Below are positions 41,255-56,465 of a stretch of 64,000 bases of DNA, piece by piece. Origin of the DNA: Proteromonas lacertae (Eukaryota); the NCBI GenBank assembly GCA_002245135.1, contig NGBS01000318.1:1-64000 (forward strand). The letters run 5' to 3'. Below the pieces are notes generated by a model that saw nothing but the letters and a program-made list of their open reading frames with translations, made no database searches and was not told the DNA's origin. Position 1 is the stretch's first letter; the number at the start of each line of letters is the position of its first letter. The position numbers were made by a program, and so were the translations under genes.

Positions 41255-42148
41255 ATGGCAGAAATTCAGGGAGATATAGTTAATGAATCAAGTATAAATC
41301 GCATAATGAAATGAATAATAGGTAAATATAATACTTAAAGAGAGTACAGCATCAGAATCGAAATACCAACAGTCTATTGATCTATTAAACAAAGCAATAA
41401 CATGTTATATATCAGATAACTACACTTTTGGAAAAGCTGCACAGGCGTATTCAAAACTAGGTGACTGTTACTTAAAAATCAATGATTTTGTAGATGCAGC
41501 AACCTCCTATCAAGAAGCAGGAATGTATATGGAAATGATAGATCCAGTTGAGTCAATTGAACAATACAAGAAATCAACACCAATTTCTAGAGGAGAGTAA
41601 AGAATATTCAACATTAGGAAGAGTAGAGAATAAAATCGAGTGAAATAGCAGAAGATTTAGAAATGAAAGTGGAGAGTATAGAACATAACAATAATTCCTG
41701 TGAAATTAGTAAGTCACAAGTAGATAATGGATGTTATTTTAAAAATGTAATGAAAATATATAAATATAATGAATTTTCTAACAGTTTTGATTCAATTCTA
41801 TCAAAATTAGAAGATCTAGCTAGAATCATGATGTTGGAGAATCGAACTAAATATTCAGTAAAGAAAGTGTTATTAAAATGTTGTATATTGAGATTATTGA
41901 ATTGTCCAATTGATGTAGTGAGAGAAAATATTGATAAATATACAGAAATAGATAATTTATTTGGACATTCCAAAGAAAGTCAATTCATAATGAGTTTATG
42001 TTATTGTGTTGAGTTGAATAATGGAGATGAGTTTTTAGATCACGTTTATAATTATGAGAATGTATGTGAACTTGATGCATGGAGTTTGAAATTGTTGAAA
42101 AAGATTTATGATGAGATTAAGAAGAGACAAGAAGCATTTGAAGAATAG
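41255..42148 (+). CDS. Alpha-SNAP (NSF attachment protein)-like
   Basis: TPR-like helices. C-terminal YTEIDNLFGHSKE...NYENVCELDAW..LL.KI matches the SNAP family pattern. Confidence 0.7.
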
Positions 42149-42258
42149 TAAATTGTCATGAATAAATTATTGCGTTAATTTAATAAATATTTGTCTATTA
42201 TATCTAAATCATTACTGTTTTTCATTAATTATAAGCTGGAAAATCAATAATCGGTTAT

Positions 42259-45200
42259 TTAATATTAACGAATTCTTTTGATAATTCTTTCTTTTCTTCT
42301 TCTGATATTCCATCCAATTTTATTCCAATTGATGAAAACGTTTCTAAAAATAATTTCAATTCAGTTTTGTCTATATACTTCTTTTAACAGTTATTGATAA
42401 TTCTTCTAAAAGCACAAACACTTCTTTATTTTCTTCCATTAATCTCAATTCTCTTTCATTTAATTCATTTCCTGATAAATTTAACTCATCAAAAAATGTA
42501 CAATCTTTGAATGCTTCTATTAACATCTTTAGACCCTTTTCTCTCATTTCAATATCTGTTCAAATTATAATTATTATATTCATTGAATACTTGAAAGATT
42601 TAATGATTTAAAATTAACAAATTTATTAATATTCTTACATATAATCTCTATTCCTTCATCTCCAATTTCATTATTGTATATGGAAATATAATATGCCTCT
42701 TCTGGTAAAGAATCTATCAACTCTTTTAATCCTGTTAGAAGTAATTTTATTATTCGATAAATCAAGTCTGTAATAATAAATCTGTTTAATTAAAAAAATA
42801 TGAGAATCATTTATATTCATATCTATTTCATAGTAAAATAGATTCTATACTTGACAAATCATAGATTTTATCATATTTTTCTCTATCCTTCTTTGTACAG
42901 TAATCTAAATAATACTTCAATTCTTCATCATTCCATGATGAACATTTCAATTCTATGAATGGATAATTATCGTTTTCTAATGATTTGGAACAAATTAAAT
43001 TTTAATCCGTTCATTCTTATACCATTTTCTTTTAGATTAATTGTATTACAATATATATTTGAAAGAAATGTATCTCCTAATAATATTATGCTTTCATCAT
43101 CTATTGCTATATTACTCATAATTATTTCACCATCTTCATCTATTAAATAATACAAATAGTTTAATAATAATCTAAATCCATCATTACCGATTGGATTGTC
43201 TATAAAATAGTATTGAATTAGTAACACAAATATACTGTAAATATCAAAGTATACAAAGTACTTAATATTATTTTCTTTCACATAATCCATTAAATATCCT
43301 ACTCCTTTTGAATCAATATTATTACCACTTATATCAAAATGGATATTGTTATGATAATTCCTAAAACCATCTAATAAATACTTCAATCCAATTGAAGAAA
43401 ATCCCATTTCTATTATATATGACAAAATAATTATCATACTTGAACAATCTATTTTATTATAATAATCATATTCATCTTTTAATAAACGCCTATGAGAAGA
43501 TAATATCTTCATTCCTTCATCTCCTATCTCATTTCCATATAATTGCAGTTTTCTAAGATTTGTAAATGAACATAAATTATTGATAAGTATTTCTACACTC
43601 TTGTATGTTAATTTATTATCTAATAAATAAAAATTATCATTTTATACTCCTCAAATCAAACTGTTCTATTTCTCCTAATTCATTTAATCTTAAAGAAATA
43701 AATGATTTGAAAAAATCATCATCAATTTCGTAATTATTTAGATTTAAGACATTTGAACTATTTTTTATACTATTGATAATCTTTGGGATACACTTTTCAA
43801 TTAATAATTCTTTACTTCTATTTAAATCAAATTCTATTTTAGAAATAGGAAATTTGGAAAACAAAGCTTTTAAGCCTTTCGAATGAATATTTCTGTTGTA
43901 TTGAATATTTATTCTCTTTAGATTTGGATATTTGTGTAATTCTTCTGATAATAGTATCATTGATTCATCATCTAAATTCATTCCATAAAGATGTAATTCA
44001 TCTTTTTTGTTGATTAATATATGTAAATATGGAAGTAATAATTTGAATCCTTTTGAACCAATTGGATTATCTATTTCAAAATGGTATAAAAATGTGAAAG
44101 CATATACCTTCGAGATCTATATAATTCAGTTTGATATACTGAATTGATTTAACAAATGATTCAATGAAATGAAATGTAACACGACATGAAGATAAATATA
44201 ATTCTTTAAGATTTTTTAACTCATTAAAATATGATCCAAATAATGATTGATGTTGTTTTGGGATATCTATACCTAAATAAATAAATATGACAATTATACT
44301 AAATCTGAGTTTCTTTGGATTGATTAATCTCATTATTCTGAAGAAATAATCTATTCCTTCCTCACACAAACAAATACAATCTGAAATTACATTGATTTTC
44401 TCTTTGTCTGCTTGATTAGTAGATATATTAAATATCTTTCTTTCTCCATAATCTTTATAATGATAATATCTATGGAATTTCAGTTTATTCTGAATGGAGT
44501 TATCTTTTTTATATATTTTCATCATCAATAATAACAATAACACTTTTTCGCTTGGTTTATTATTGTAGAATTCTATCAAATCATCTCGAATACTCTCATA
44601 ATTTGGATAATCAAGATAATATTCTGATTGAATATAAAATGGTGATATTTCAATTGTATAGTCACTATTGAATAATATCTCTTTTCTTTCATTGTATATC
44701 ATTAGATTATTATCTTTATCTTTTAATATTTCATTCGTTTTCATAATTTCTTTTTTCAATTCTTTTAAATTCATTCTCTCTTCTCTTTTCACCTTCAACA
44801 TTTTTTCTATCATTTCCTTCATCATTTCATTACATTTCAAATCAAAACTGTATTTACATCTCATGATATTATCTTTTGTTTTATTGATATTATTATCTTC
44901 TTTAAATGGTAATTTCTTACAAACTATTTCATATAAAATACATCCAATTGACCAAATCACACTTCCATCATTACATTCTAATCCATTCAATTCTTCAGGG
45001 CTTTTGAAGCAAATATCATATATCCTCAAATCTTCTACTTTTCTCAATAAATTCAAGAATAAATCGCATAACTTTATTTCACCATCATCATCATATACTA
45101 TATTACAACTCTTCAAATTGTATATTATTAAACCATATTCTAATAATATCATCAATTTATCACATATTAAACATATTTCTTCACTTGACAATGATTTACT

Positions 45201-45460
45201 TTCAATCATCCTTACTAAGTCCCTTGAGTAATAATTTCTCTCTAATACTATTACATTGTTTTTAATCATCTGTATTTGGAAAGGATAAGCATAAAATACA
45301 CAATAATCTAACAATATTGAATTATTCTCACAGAATTTAAATATCTTCTTCTTTTTTATCCCATATATATTCAGAATTTTCACCTTTTTTACATCATTTT
45401 CATATTCTACAACTAAATCTACTTCATTAACAGTCTTTTTTTCCTCTCTTTTTATCTATA
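42259..45460 (-). CDS. Pseudokinase plus RI-like leucine-rich-repeat protein, multi-exon, possibly degenerate
   Basis: NLKSCNIV, IKLCD, SPEEL and IWSIGCILYE, followed by repeats such as NxIGDEG, NPIGNDG and NNIDSKG. Confidence 0.7.
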
Positions 45461-45588
45461 AAAATAAAACAACAAAATTACTTGCGTTTCAGAAGGTAAT
45501 ATTGAGGATAGTAAATCATCCGCTAAAGAATTCAGCATTTTCTATTTTAATATGAAAATAGATTCGTTTCAATAATAATAGCTTGATT

Positions 45589-46416
45589 ATGTTTGATGAA
45601 AATAATTTGTATATTTCATGATATTGTATTGCAACAGGCGTATCATTAGCATCAATAAATAAATCCATTAGATGTACAGATACAACTTCACTCGAAGAAC
45701 TGTATGAGTTAATAAAGGAATTGTATTGCATTACTGGTAGTATATCACTGTATGAAAGTGAAAACTTGGTAAATACGTTTAACGAACTTGAAGAATCAAA
45801 AATATATATTGTTAAAGTTAGTAATTCAGAAACAACCCTAAATATCCCTATAAGTAATCAAAAAATATCCATATTATTTTTAGATCATGGAATATCTGCA
45901 ATGAATGATATTTTAAACAATATAAAGAAGTATAAATGTAAATACTGTGATCAGCGTTGTGGAAATCCCCAATCTCTCCAATTTCATCAGTTAGTATATA
46001 TAAATACTATTTTGTGATGAAATGATAAATAGAGTCATGGAATTAATGAAAATGTGTCTACACAAAGAGTTACTCATTATAAATGTCCTATTACTCATTG
46101 TTTATATCATACAAAACCATTCAAAACATATTCATCTTTCAAAAGACATTTTATAAGGAAACACCAAGACAAATTCTTTATTTGTCCTCATGATTATTGC
46201 AATAAAGTATGGAATTATTAATGTATTCCTATTCATCTATAGACTTTTTCTTACGAACCAGATTTGAAACAACATTTGAAATTCTGTGGAACTCTTTTGA
46301 AATGCCCTTTATGTGGTTTAGTTGTTAATAATCTAGTATTTTTATGGTTGTTACTGTTATGAAATAGAGAACTATGAAATCTCATCGTGAAAATTCACAT
46401 GGGTTGAATTCTTCAT
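45589..46416 (+). CDS. C2H2 zinc-finger protein, multi-exon
   Basis: YKCKYC, YKCPITHC...FKRHFIRKH, CPHDYC and FECPLC. Confidence 0.65.
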
Positions 46417-46456
46417 GAGTATTATATTGTAATTTAATGATAATTTATTTGTTTAT

Positions 46457-48975
46457 ATGGTTTTGTTGTTGTTCATTTCAAATACAAATTTCTTAAAACC
46501 GTTAGTTTTTTGAAACTAGAATTTGAAAAAATGAGTGATAATAAATCAAAATCTGAATTACCACCTGAAATACCAAGTATATATTCTGAATTATGATGTA
46601 TAGAAAGATCTAATTCTGTAACAGAATCTAGTAGATTCCCAAAAATCACACAAACAAAAGTAAAAAGGAGAAGTGTAGCAGCCAAAGATTTACAAAGATT
46701 GATGCTACCACTTGCATCAGAATTGGAGGTGGAATCACCAACGGTAGAGACAAAAGTAGATGATCCTTTAGCAGTATCGAAAAGGAATGAGTTGTTTAAA
46801 TTCTATGTATTTTTAAATATAGTAATCAATAATAATCAATAGAATGATATTGATACTGTAATTAAACAATATCAGCTAGACTTAGCGCTACCTACAAAAC
46901 GTGAAATATCTACAGCCTTCAATTCAATGGCAAAAGCATCTTCTAATGTAACTCAAATAATGAAAAAGGAAGGAACAAGAAACATTGGAGAGTTAATTAA
47001 ACGTTTATACTTAGATACTAGATTATCAACCTATTTATATGATTTAATAAACTCAATAGGAGGTACAATATTGCAATATATTGAAAAAGACAAATCTATT
47101 CATATCAGGACAATCCGAGAGACAACTAACCCAGCACTATCAATGACAGTAGCATTAACAAATTTAATATTTGAATTACGTACACAAATAAACAATTTGG
47201 TTTATGAAATGAATAATCCTCCTCCATTGAATAAAGATACTATAGGAAAGTATAAAATATCTATAAGAGATGTATTATTATTGAAATTTCCAGATATAAA
47301 GGAAATGACAATAAAAGATAGTGAATTAAGAGAAGCATTAGTAATGTCCTGTGGAACAATCGAAACAATGACTGATTTGTTGAATTATCATAAAGGCTTG
47401 ATTACTAGTTTGATTGAAAATAGTATTGACTTGCAAGAGACATTGTCAATTGTTCCATCTAAACAATCTGTTATCTTACAAACAAAAGTGAACAAAGTAT
47501 ATATTCATTGTTATTATTTATTTATTTATTTAGTTGGAAGGTGAAATACAAAGAATGAAAGATTCATATGAAGAAAAATTATATAAATACAAAACAGAAG
47601 CAAGAGATATAAAATCAAAATATGACCAACTGAAACAAGAAGATGATGCATTACAATTCCATTATAAAAGCTTACAAAGTGAAATGAAATATTACGAAAA
47701 TGAAAGTGAAAAGAAAATTCGAGGAGCTGATTTGATGGCCGAGAAATTAAAAGATGAAATAACAAAATTAAGAAGACAAGTTGCTCAGAAAGATAAAGAG
47801 TTACAAGATAAAGTGAACGATTTAAGAGTGTTGACAGCAGAATCGAATGATTTACAATACAAAGCAAAAAGTAATGAAGAAAGAGATGTTATGTTAAATT
47901 CATTTCAAAAAAAATGTGTTGATCATGAGAAACAAATTGACAACTTAAAGCAACAGTTATTACAGAACAGAGTTACTATAAAAGGATTAGAAGAGAAATT
48001 GAATGATACAAATGTACAAGATGCTGAGTTTTGGAAAGATGTACAGTTATTTTATTATCATTTTTTATTATTAAATAGAAAATACAAGATTGTATAAAGA
48101 TCTTAAAATCAGGTGAAGGTGAAAGTAAAGTTTTGTCTGATATAAGAGTCTAGTATAAATGCATATATTAATTCATTTATATATATATATATATAGTCTT
48201 GATAAATATAATGAAGATAAATCCAATCCATTAAATCAATATGCTTCAATATCAATTGATAGATCAACAATGACAGACATGACTTATCAAGACTTGGCAT
48301 TCTTAGAGGAGAAATATCAAGAACAAATACAATCATTAAACTCAAAATTGGCAGAGTATAATCTACTATTTTTCTAATTTGTTATAATAAAATAGTTTGG
48401 CTCGAAAATTAAAAGATGGTTATACAGAGACATTAGCTGAAAAAGCGATTAGTGATGAAGATAATAAATGGAAATTGGCATTGAAACATTCTGAAATGTT
48501 AGCAATGAAACATCAATTAGAAAAAGAAATATTAATGGTAAAATTATCAGCCAGTGAAAAGTTAATAGAATCAAAAAGACATGAAAATAGAACGTTACAA
48601 CATCAGATAGAGTATTTAAATGAAGATTTATCCGAATTGAAAAAGTGTTTGACTATAAAACAAAATGAATTGAATAATTTAATGAAAAAAGAACATCAAA
48701 TGATAAGAGATGGCTCATTATTTGGTCAACAAGAATATAAAGCTGCTTTAGCTGATGAAAATGAATCGCTAAGTAGAGGATATGAAGAAGAAATCTTAAC
48801 TTTGAAAGAAACTATAAGAAATATGAGAAAGAATTATCAAGAAAATTTGAAACAACTTGCTGAAGAGAATATGTCTGAGAAAGTGAAATATACTCATGAT
48901 ATTGTTAATTTAGAAGCTACTTTGGATTTATACAAGAAATATTATAAATTATCTCCTCCTCCAAATGAAGATTAA
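46457..48975 (+). CDS. Long coiled-coil protein, multi-exon
   Basis: Successive plus-strand heptad-rich ORFs separated by short GT-AG introns. Confidence 0.65.
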
Positions 48976-49389
48976 TTAGAAATTATGATATTATAGTGTG
49001 TTATTATTTCTTTTTATGATTAGTATTCTAAATTCTATTATTAGCCATATTAATTTGCTATCAAATAAAACATATTCATTGTATATTAGCAAATCTGCAC
49101 TTAATAACAATTAAAAACAATTAGATGAATTAAAAACAAGAAACTACTTGGTTTTATGAACTCTTTTTTATTATCATCAATACAATCAGATTATATAGCA
49201 CAATATTAAGAATTACTCAAATCTTGTTAAATTTAAGAATGAACATACAGAACAACTATGTTTGATTTTTCATGACCTAATATAATAAAAAATAAAGGAA
49301 CATGAGAATTTTCAACATTAAAATAATATATATTTATCAACATTTCCATCTCAAAACTATCCTTTCTTTACATTTTTCATCATTATTTA

Positions 49390-52355
49390 TTTTAAAAAAC
49401 TTTTCTTTTAACCATTTCTTTTATTCTTTCAGATATAAATCTTAAATGATTGGATTTTGTAATATCATCTTCAAAAGTTTCATAGATTAATATATTGTTA
49501 TAATCGCATTTCGCCATTGAATGATACATTAATTCCTCTCATTATATCATCTACTGCACCAATGATTTTTATTTTATTATCTATTTCTTTTTCACCATTA
49601 TTTTTATGTCCTATTATACCACCATAATATTCGTAGTTTTTCCTATAACAAGTTACATTTTCATTATATAAATCTAATGAATATGCATTTTGTATTTTTT
49701 GTTGAATAAATTCATTAATTTTATCCATATTTTGTTCAATGTATAAATCTATATTAAATTTCTTCTTTATTATGTATGAATCTATGTCAATATTATTCTC
49801 TTCTATATATAAATTAAAAGAATCTACATCTTCAATTTTAATTAACTCTTTGTTAATACAAGCCATTTTTCTCACATGTAGATCTAAATCATATTTACTC
49901 ATGAAATAATTCGGATAATTATCATATAATTTATATTTTGGATGTTTCAGAATTATCACTTTTTCAATTTCTTCTTTTGTAAATGGAGGTATATACATCA
50001 CAAGTGGACATCTTTTACTTTGAAATGTCTTATACTCTTTTTTTGTTGGATCAGCTATTAATATTATCATTTTTGCATCAGGATAATCATCTTCTCCAAT
50101 TACTTCTCCATCTGAAATTACAATAAATGGATTACAGCCATTTTCAGTTCTTTGTTCAACACCACTTATACTTATTATTTGAATATTTTGATTATGTTGA
50201 TGAATAAAATCTTTGAGGACAGCTGCCAATATTGTTTTACCTATTCTACTATGACCAAATATTAAGTAGTTCTTTTGATATGGATAATTTATATCAATAA
50301 TATCTCCAGGACATATAATGTTAAATATCTTATAGTAACAATCTCGCATCAAATATACTATACTTTTATTTCTTGCATATGTTTCTATTTTCACCCCTAC
50401 TGGTAGTTTATATAATGGAGGTGGAAGTACATCATTAACATTGTTTATTGTTGTTGATACTATTTTTGAATTTGTTGTTAATCTTTTGATTAATTCAGCT
50501 TTCTTTCCATTGGCACTTAATTTATTCATTGTTAATAATTCTCTTAATTCAATTTCTGTCAATTTATTATAATCATCATCATCTTTTTTCATTTCTTTCT
50601 TTTCTTCTTTTGATGTATCTTTTTTTGCATCTTCTAATCTTTTTATTAATACATCCTTATTTCCACTTACTTTTAATCCTTTACTTTTCAATAAATCTAC
50701 AATTATTTTATCAATATCTGGAGTAATATCATGTTGTCCTTCATCTAATATACAAAATCTATAATTGTAATTATCTCCATTCTCACCATATTCCTATTAT
50801 ATAACAATATAATTAATACTATCATGGATTCTAACATGCTCTTTTCATCTTCTTCAAATATCTCATCTCTACATATTATTTTATAAAATACTCCTTCTAG
50901 AATAAAGTCAAAATAATTATTTTTATCCAATATAAAATAAAGAAAATGGTTTGCACCATCTGGATAATATATTGACTTTTCTTTCTTTGAATTATACTGG
51001 AAATTAGCATCTGTTTTGTTTATATCAGTTTGCATAACTAATTCATATGATATTATATGTTTTATTGCTAATCTCCTCATTTCATTATCATCATTCATAA
51101 ATCTAAGTTTATTTATTAGTATACCATATTCAGTATTATTTCTAGGAGGATAGAATTTGCATGTAACATAATCTTCAACATATTTCGATATAAACTTTAA
51201 GTGTTGTTTTGGTTTGTATATTCTTTCTTTTACAATCTCATCATCTACTTCTTCTAAATCATATTTTAATATGATATTTGATAATGCTGTTTCTTTCAAA
51301 TAATTTTTATTGTTATAATGATCTAAAAATTCATTATAACCTTCTGTTCCTACCACACTATCTATCAGTTGTTTATAATAACTCCAATAATCTTTACCAT
51401 AATTCATTTCATATAAATAATTGAAGTATATTAATCTGGGAATATTTCCATATCTTTCACAAACATCTTTAAAGTCTTTACTTTCAACATCAACACAATC
51501 AAAACCAATACAATTCTCAAACCATTTCTGAACTTCTTCAAATTGTAATGATTCAAAATATAATTTAATAGAAGATTCATTTTCCGAATATGCATTATAA
51601 TTATTCTTCTCTGGAGAACTTATGGAGATAACTGTATTATTATCTTCAAAATTGACATTATATGTATCAACTATTACTAATGCATCGTGAATATCATAAG
51701 TATTAACATTTTCTATTTTAATAAGATTATAACCATTACTTTTATCCTTTTCTAATTTATATACTTTTACTTTTATTTCACTTCCATATCTCTTGCCTTT
51801 ATAAACATATACACCACCTTTGTATTTTTTTTGCCAATCATCACTATTCTTTAATATGTATAGTAAATAATATATAAACGAAGTCTTACCAATACCAGGT
51901 TGACCTGTTATTACTATTTTCGCATATCGCATTTTAAGTCCATGTATACAGTTCCACATTATTCTATAACTTTCTCTAATGTAAATCTTCTTAAGGGGGA
52001 ATTGGAATACATTAACATCAGTGTTTGAAAAATCTAAATAATCAACATTAGTATTACTTCTAGCAGTATATATTCCATTCATATTGTTGATGATTTTCAC
52101 AAAACTATCTGGTTCTGCATTAACATGAAATGTAGAGACTGCTTGATTTGTATTAGTACTACCACCATCATTTACTGGTATATTTATAGGAATAATTGCA
52201 CTTTTTCTATCATTTGTCTTTCTTCTTTTGGAATTATTATTACTGTTATCACTTCCTTTTCTCTTCTCTGTATAAGTTCTTTCAACTCTACTTTCACATC
52301 TACCTCCACCTCTACCACTACCTTTAGCTTTACTAATTTTTAATTTTTGAACCAT
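49390..52355 (-). CDS. CRN/RHS-like P-loop NTPase, two SAP domains and a second NTPase, as a single spliced gene with a degenerate 3' end
   Basis: IYIRESY, ITGQPGIGKT, ISSP and YGNIPR. A 26-nt intron at 50794-50819 joins it in frame to SAP motifs (GLKVSGNKDVLIKRL, KLSANGKKAELIKRL) and FGHSRIGKT. Confidence 0.7.
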
Positions 52356-52619
52356 ACAATTGTTTAAAGAGTATTAAGTGAAATATTAAAGAAAATAGAA
52401 ATTCAATCAAATCAAATCAAGCCTATTTTAGCCAATCAAATGAGAGAATTAGAATAATTTTGATATTTAGTTTTGTACTGATCTAAAAAGAGTTAAAGTT
52501 TGATATAATTAGAATAACTGTATTATTGTGTGTTATATATTATTATATGATTAAATATATTTTAATGAATAATCGAGTTAAAACAAACGTTTAATTTTCG
52601 AGGATCATGGTATTATAGC

Positions 52620-52867
52620 AGTACTGACGAAATGTGTAAGAATAATAGTGATTACATCAGAATATGTCTTTCTTTCAGTTCATCCAATATCTTAATCTTT
52701 TCATTCATTTTCCCCTTTCGGATATTCTTTAATTCTATTTTCGATTCTAACTACTTCTGTATAAATATGTTCAACTAAACAAACTTTTACACTTTCATCT
52801 TCACAAATCGTTCTAATCACCTCATCTTCAATTCCATTAAAACTATAAGGTGTAAATAAGTCATCCA
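52620..52867 (-). pseudogene. Truncated, frameshifted paralog of the 5' end of the 7284-8532 kinase
   Basis: MDDLFTPYSFNGIEDEVIRTICEDESVKVCLVEH versus MRGLFIPYSLSGIEDKIIRTICDDKSGTVCLVEH. Confidence 0.85.
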
Positions 52868-53059
52868 TATGTAAAATAAATGAAAAACAAAAATATTCAT
52901 CAAGCAAAGAATCAAGCCTATTTTCTTTCATTTTATTAATTTATATTATCTCTTTTTAATCATTTCATAGTTTATGAATATAATTATATGGAATTGAATA
53001 ACAATTATAATAACTACAATAAAAGCATATAACAAAACATAGAAATTATTACACTACAA

Positions 53060-54118
53060 TATTATGAACTATAAGGTGGAGGTGGTTGTTGTTGTGGTTG
53101 TTGTTGTTGTTGTTGTTGTCTTTGTTGTTGGATTGGAAGTAATGGTGAACATTGATTCAAACCAGAAGGAATATCTTCACCAATATAATCATTCTGTCTA
53201 TAATCATATTCATCATCTATTGGCTTCATACCACTCATTATTGCAGTTGGAGCTGTATTGATACTTGGAGAAAAGAAATCGATAAACTATAATAACATAT
53301 TAACAAATATATATATCAATATACTTGAAGTAATGTCATATATTTTGAATCACCTAAATAAGAATGTAAATCTTGAGGATTTTCAGTTCCATTCAAAGAA
53401 CATAAAGGATTATTATTAATATCTCTATTCGTATTATGTTGTAAATGTCTTTTTACTATACTTCTTAGTTTATCTAAAATATATAATTCTTTATCTTTTA
53501 TTATATTATTGGATGTGTTATGCTTCAAACTTACATGAGATGTAGTACTTGTATAGCCTATTCTTTTACGTTTTGATTCTACACGGATAAATTTCTCTAT
53601 TGTTTGTTTGATTAAAACTTCACCTTCTTTTATATTACAACTCCATCTTCCATCACTCTCATGATAGAACACTGTAGTTGAATTTAATGCTCCTGTTAAT
53701 ACTTTATCTACATTTCCTCGATATGGTTTTCCATTTGGACCTATTAAACTACTCTGTTGATGATGGATATAGGTTGTTTAGAAATTAAGAAAAATGTATC
53801 ACAGTTCATTTTATTATAAAAAGATATCGAAGATCCTCATATGTGCATGGCTCACCGGTTTGCTTCATATATTGTATTAGTTTCACTACTAAAGTCATAT
53901 CTGCTCTTCGTCTAGCATATTCTTCTGTAGATCTATACTCAGTTTAATGAATATAATTAATACACATATTGATTGGGAGAAACTACTGGCTGAATATAAT
54001 TAGGTGGAATCTGTTGTTGTATTGGCTGATTTATATACTGTGGATAAGGATATGAAATCATATCATCTGAAGGCTATATCAAATAACACTAAAGATCATA
54101 TACATGATAGATATTCAT
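53060..54118 (-). CDS. Hypothetical multi-exon protein (possible winged-helix domain, Q/P-rich tail)
   Basis: GPNGKPYRGNVDKVLTGALNSTTVFYHESDGRW and short introns. Boundaries are approximate. Confidence 0.45.
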
Positions 54119-54292
54119 TTAATTATTATTTTTGAAACGACTATATTTTTGATCAATATAAAACAACTCACATATGCATATACAATCGATAAAAAGATAT
54201 GTATATTATATAATAGAAAAAAATATATATATAAATCAATATTATATTACTTTATAACAGGAAAAGGAATTATATGCTGATAAAAAACTATA

Positions 54293-55121
54293 CTATTCCT
54301 TTACATATTTTACAAACGCGGATGAAGTAGAACAGTTTAGATGAACACTTTCTTCCAACAGATTATCTTCAGCAACAATTACACTATCTGGTGAAAATGG
54401 TTCCATTTTCACTGCATCTACTCTAATTGGATATTTGAATGTATTACCTACTGTCGAAGGCAATGGTAAATCTTGATTCGGTTGATATTGATTAATATTC
54501 TGATTTTGTGGAATTAAGAAAGGATTCATGGGAGGAATACACGATTGTTGGTTGAAAATTGGTTGAATATTTTGTGGTTGTGATGAAGATTGGTTTAATT
54601 GATTGAGACTGTTATATAAAATGGTGAAAAACATTGATTGTTGAATAGGTGTTAAATTACTTAGAGATTGAAGGTGTTGAGGTGATATACTTTCATATGT
54701 TAAGTTTCTTATACCTATAAAAACAAATTACAGTGATTAAAATACTCAAGTCTCTATTAGAGATTCTCCTTCTTCTATTCCTTTCTCTCTCGAGTTTGTA
54801 TTGCTTAAATTCCTCTAGTTTTCTTTTTTCACAAGAATTACACACCAATCTTCTTTTGTACCTGAATAAAAAAATAAAAAAATAGTAATACCGAATACGA
54901 GTACATAACTCACCCTTCTGATGGTCACATCCTTCGCAGCCTGCGCATTGACAATGAGTACAGTCAATCTCTTGGCACCAAATACATTTATGCTTCTGAG
55001 GTCCAGGTCTACACGTCTTGAGCTCGAGGTTAGAGTTCGAAGGTAAATCCATGAGGTATGTCAATAGAAAATAATGATCTAAGTTGTGATTTTTATTACC
55101 ACATTCTATTGGCTGATTCAT
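54293..55121 (-). CDS. Cys-rich (Zn-binding) hypothetical protein
   Basis: CIWC, CTHCQCAGCEGCDH and CNSC. Confidence 0.55.
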
Positions 55122-55423
55122 CGTTACTCACAAATAATGTTTAATTTGATTTTAAGCCTAATTCCTTTTAGAATACCTTCTTTTTATGATCGTATTGGAT
55201 TAGTGTGGTAGAATGTCTATTACTCAGCAAATATTAAGTAAAAAATCAAAAATTAATGAAAAATAGATTACACAACTAATAAATATCATATTATATAAAA
55301 AGACATAAATGAATTTACATTAATTAGATTTTGAAATTGAAAAGCTTCAACAAAATCACTAAAAATATATTCATTAAACGACATATAATGAAATATATCA
55401 TGTAACAAATCACACAAAACACT

Positions 55424-56045
55424 CTACATCAGATTCTTCGTCTGTTTGCTCTATATCAGATAAAGAAAGTGGTGTAATAGGATTATTTGACAATGTTGGT
55501 GCACTAGAAGATTCACATCTTTGTGAACAATTGGGACAATAATGGTGTTTCTTATGAGATTGTGAGTTTTCATCTTCATCATTATTATCCTCTTCTAATT
55601 CACTATTACATTCCTGACATAATTGCTGTAGAGATATCTAAAAATATTGTTATTAGTATAATTACTATACTGTAGATTTAAGAATTTTACGTTTACATGG
55701 GTAAGACGTTAGGTCGCATAATCCAAAATCGACACTATATGAACGCCGTAGACCTAATACATTTAAAATCTGAATCATACACGACATATCATTGAAACAT
55801 CTCTTTTTGGGTGTTGAAATCGTTTTTCCTTGTGAAGAAGAATTTTGATTGTCAATTGATGAATTCTGTGTTTCTCTATCAATTATAAAATCAGGAAAAA
55901 AATACTGTGAAGAGAGTTTTACATTTTCAAGTCTGGAGCATAGGTCATTACCAGAATTTGACAAATCTTTGTTTATATTTTGAGAAGACGATATTTTGTA
56001 GTGAATTCTTCGACTGGGAGAGTTTTGTAGCTGATTGAAACTCAT
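55424..56045 (-). CDS. Hypothetical Ser-rich protein
   Basis: ORF 55665-56045 plus a downstream exon. Boundaries are approximate. Confidence 0.4.
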
Positions 56046-56465
56046 TCTATTGACTCCTTACCAAATTAATAAGACAAAAAGAAAGTCAAATGAAAATTCT
56101 ACGATTTCTCTAAAAATATATTCGTTTCAAAATAATATTGTTCCATTTTTTCATGAAATGATTGTTGCGAATTGCTTCAGATATTTAAAATTTGTATGAC
56201 TATTGTAATAATTAGTTTAAGTGATATATGAAAAAATCATAATAAACACAATTAATTATCTCAATTATTAACAGCATAATTCAATTTTGATATATCTATT
56301 TAATTTGTCTTCCAACAAGGTTACTTAAATTTCTTCTATTTAAATAAATTTACGCTCATTTGATAATCAGAATAATACAATGAAAAGAGTAAAAATATTA
56401 GTTCAAACAATCACAAAAGCACATATAAAGTGAATAAACATAAATAAAACTACTCTACATTTTTA

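Noticed and set aside
53064..53261. Poly-Val ORF
   Set aside because: It is the antisense reading of a (CAA)n poly-Gln tract of the minus-strand gene.
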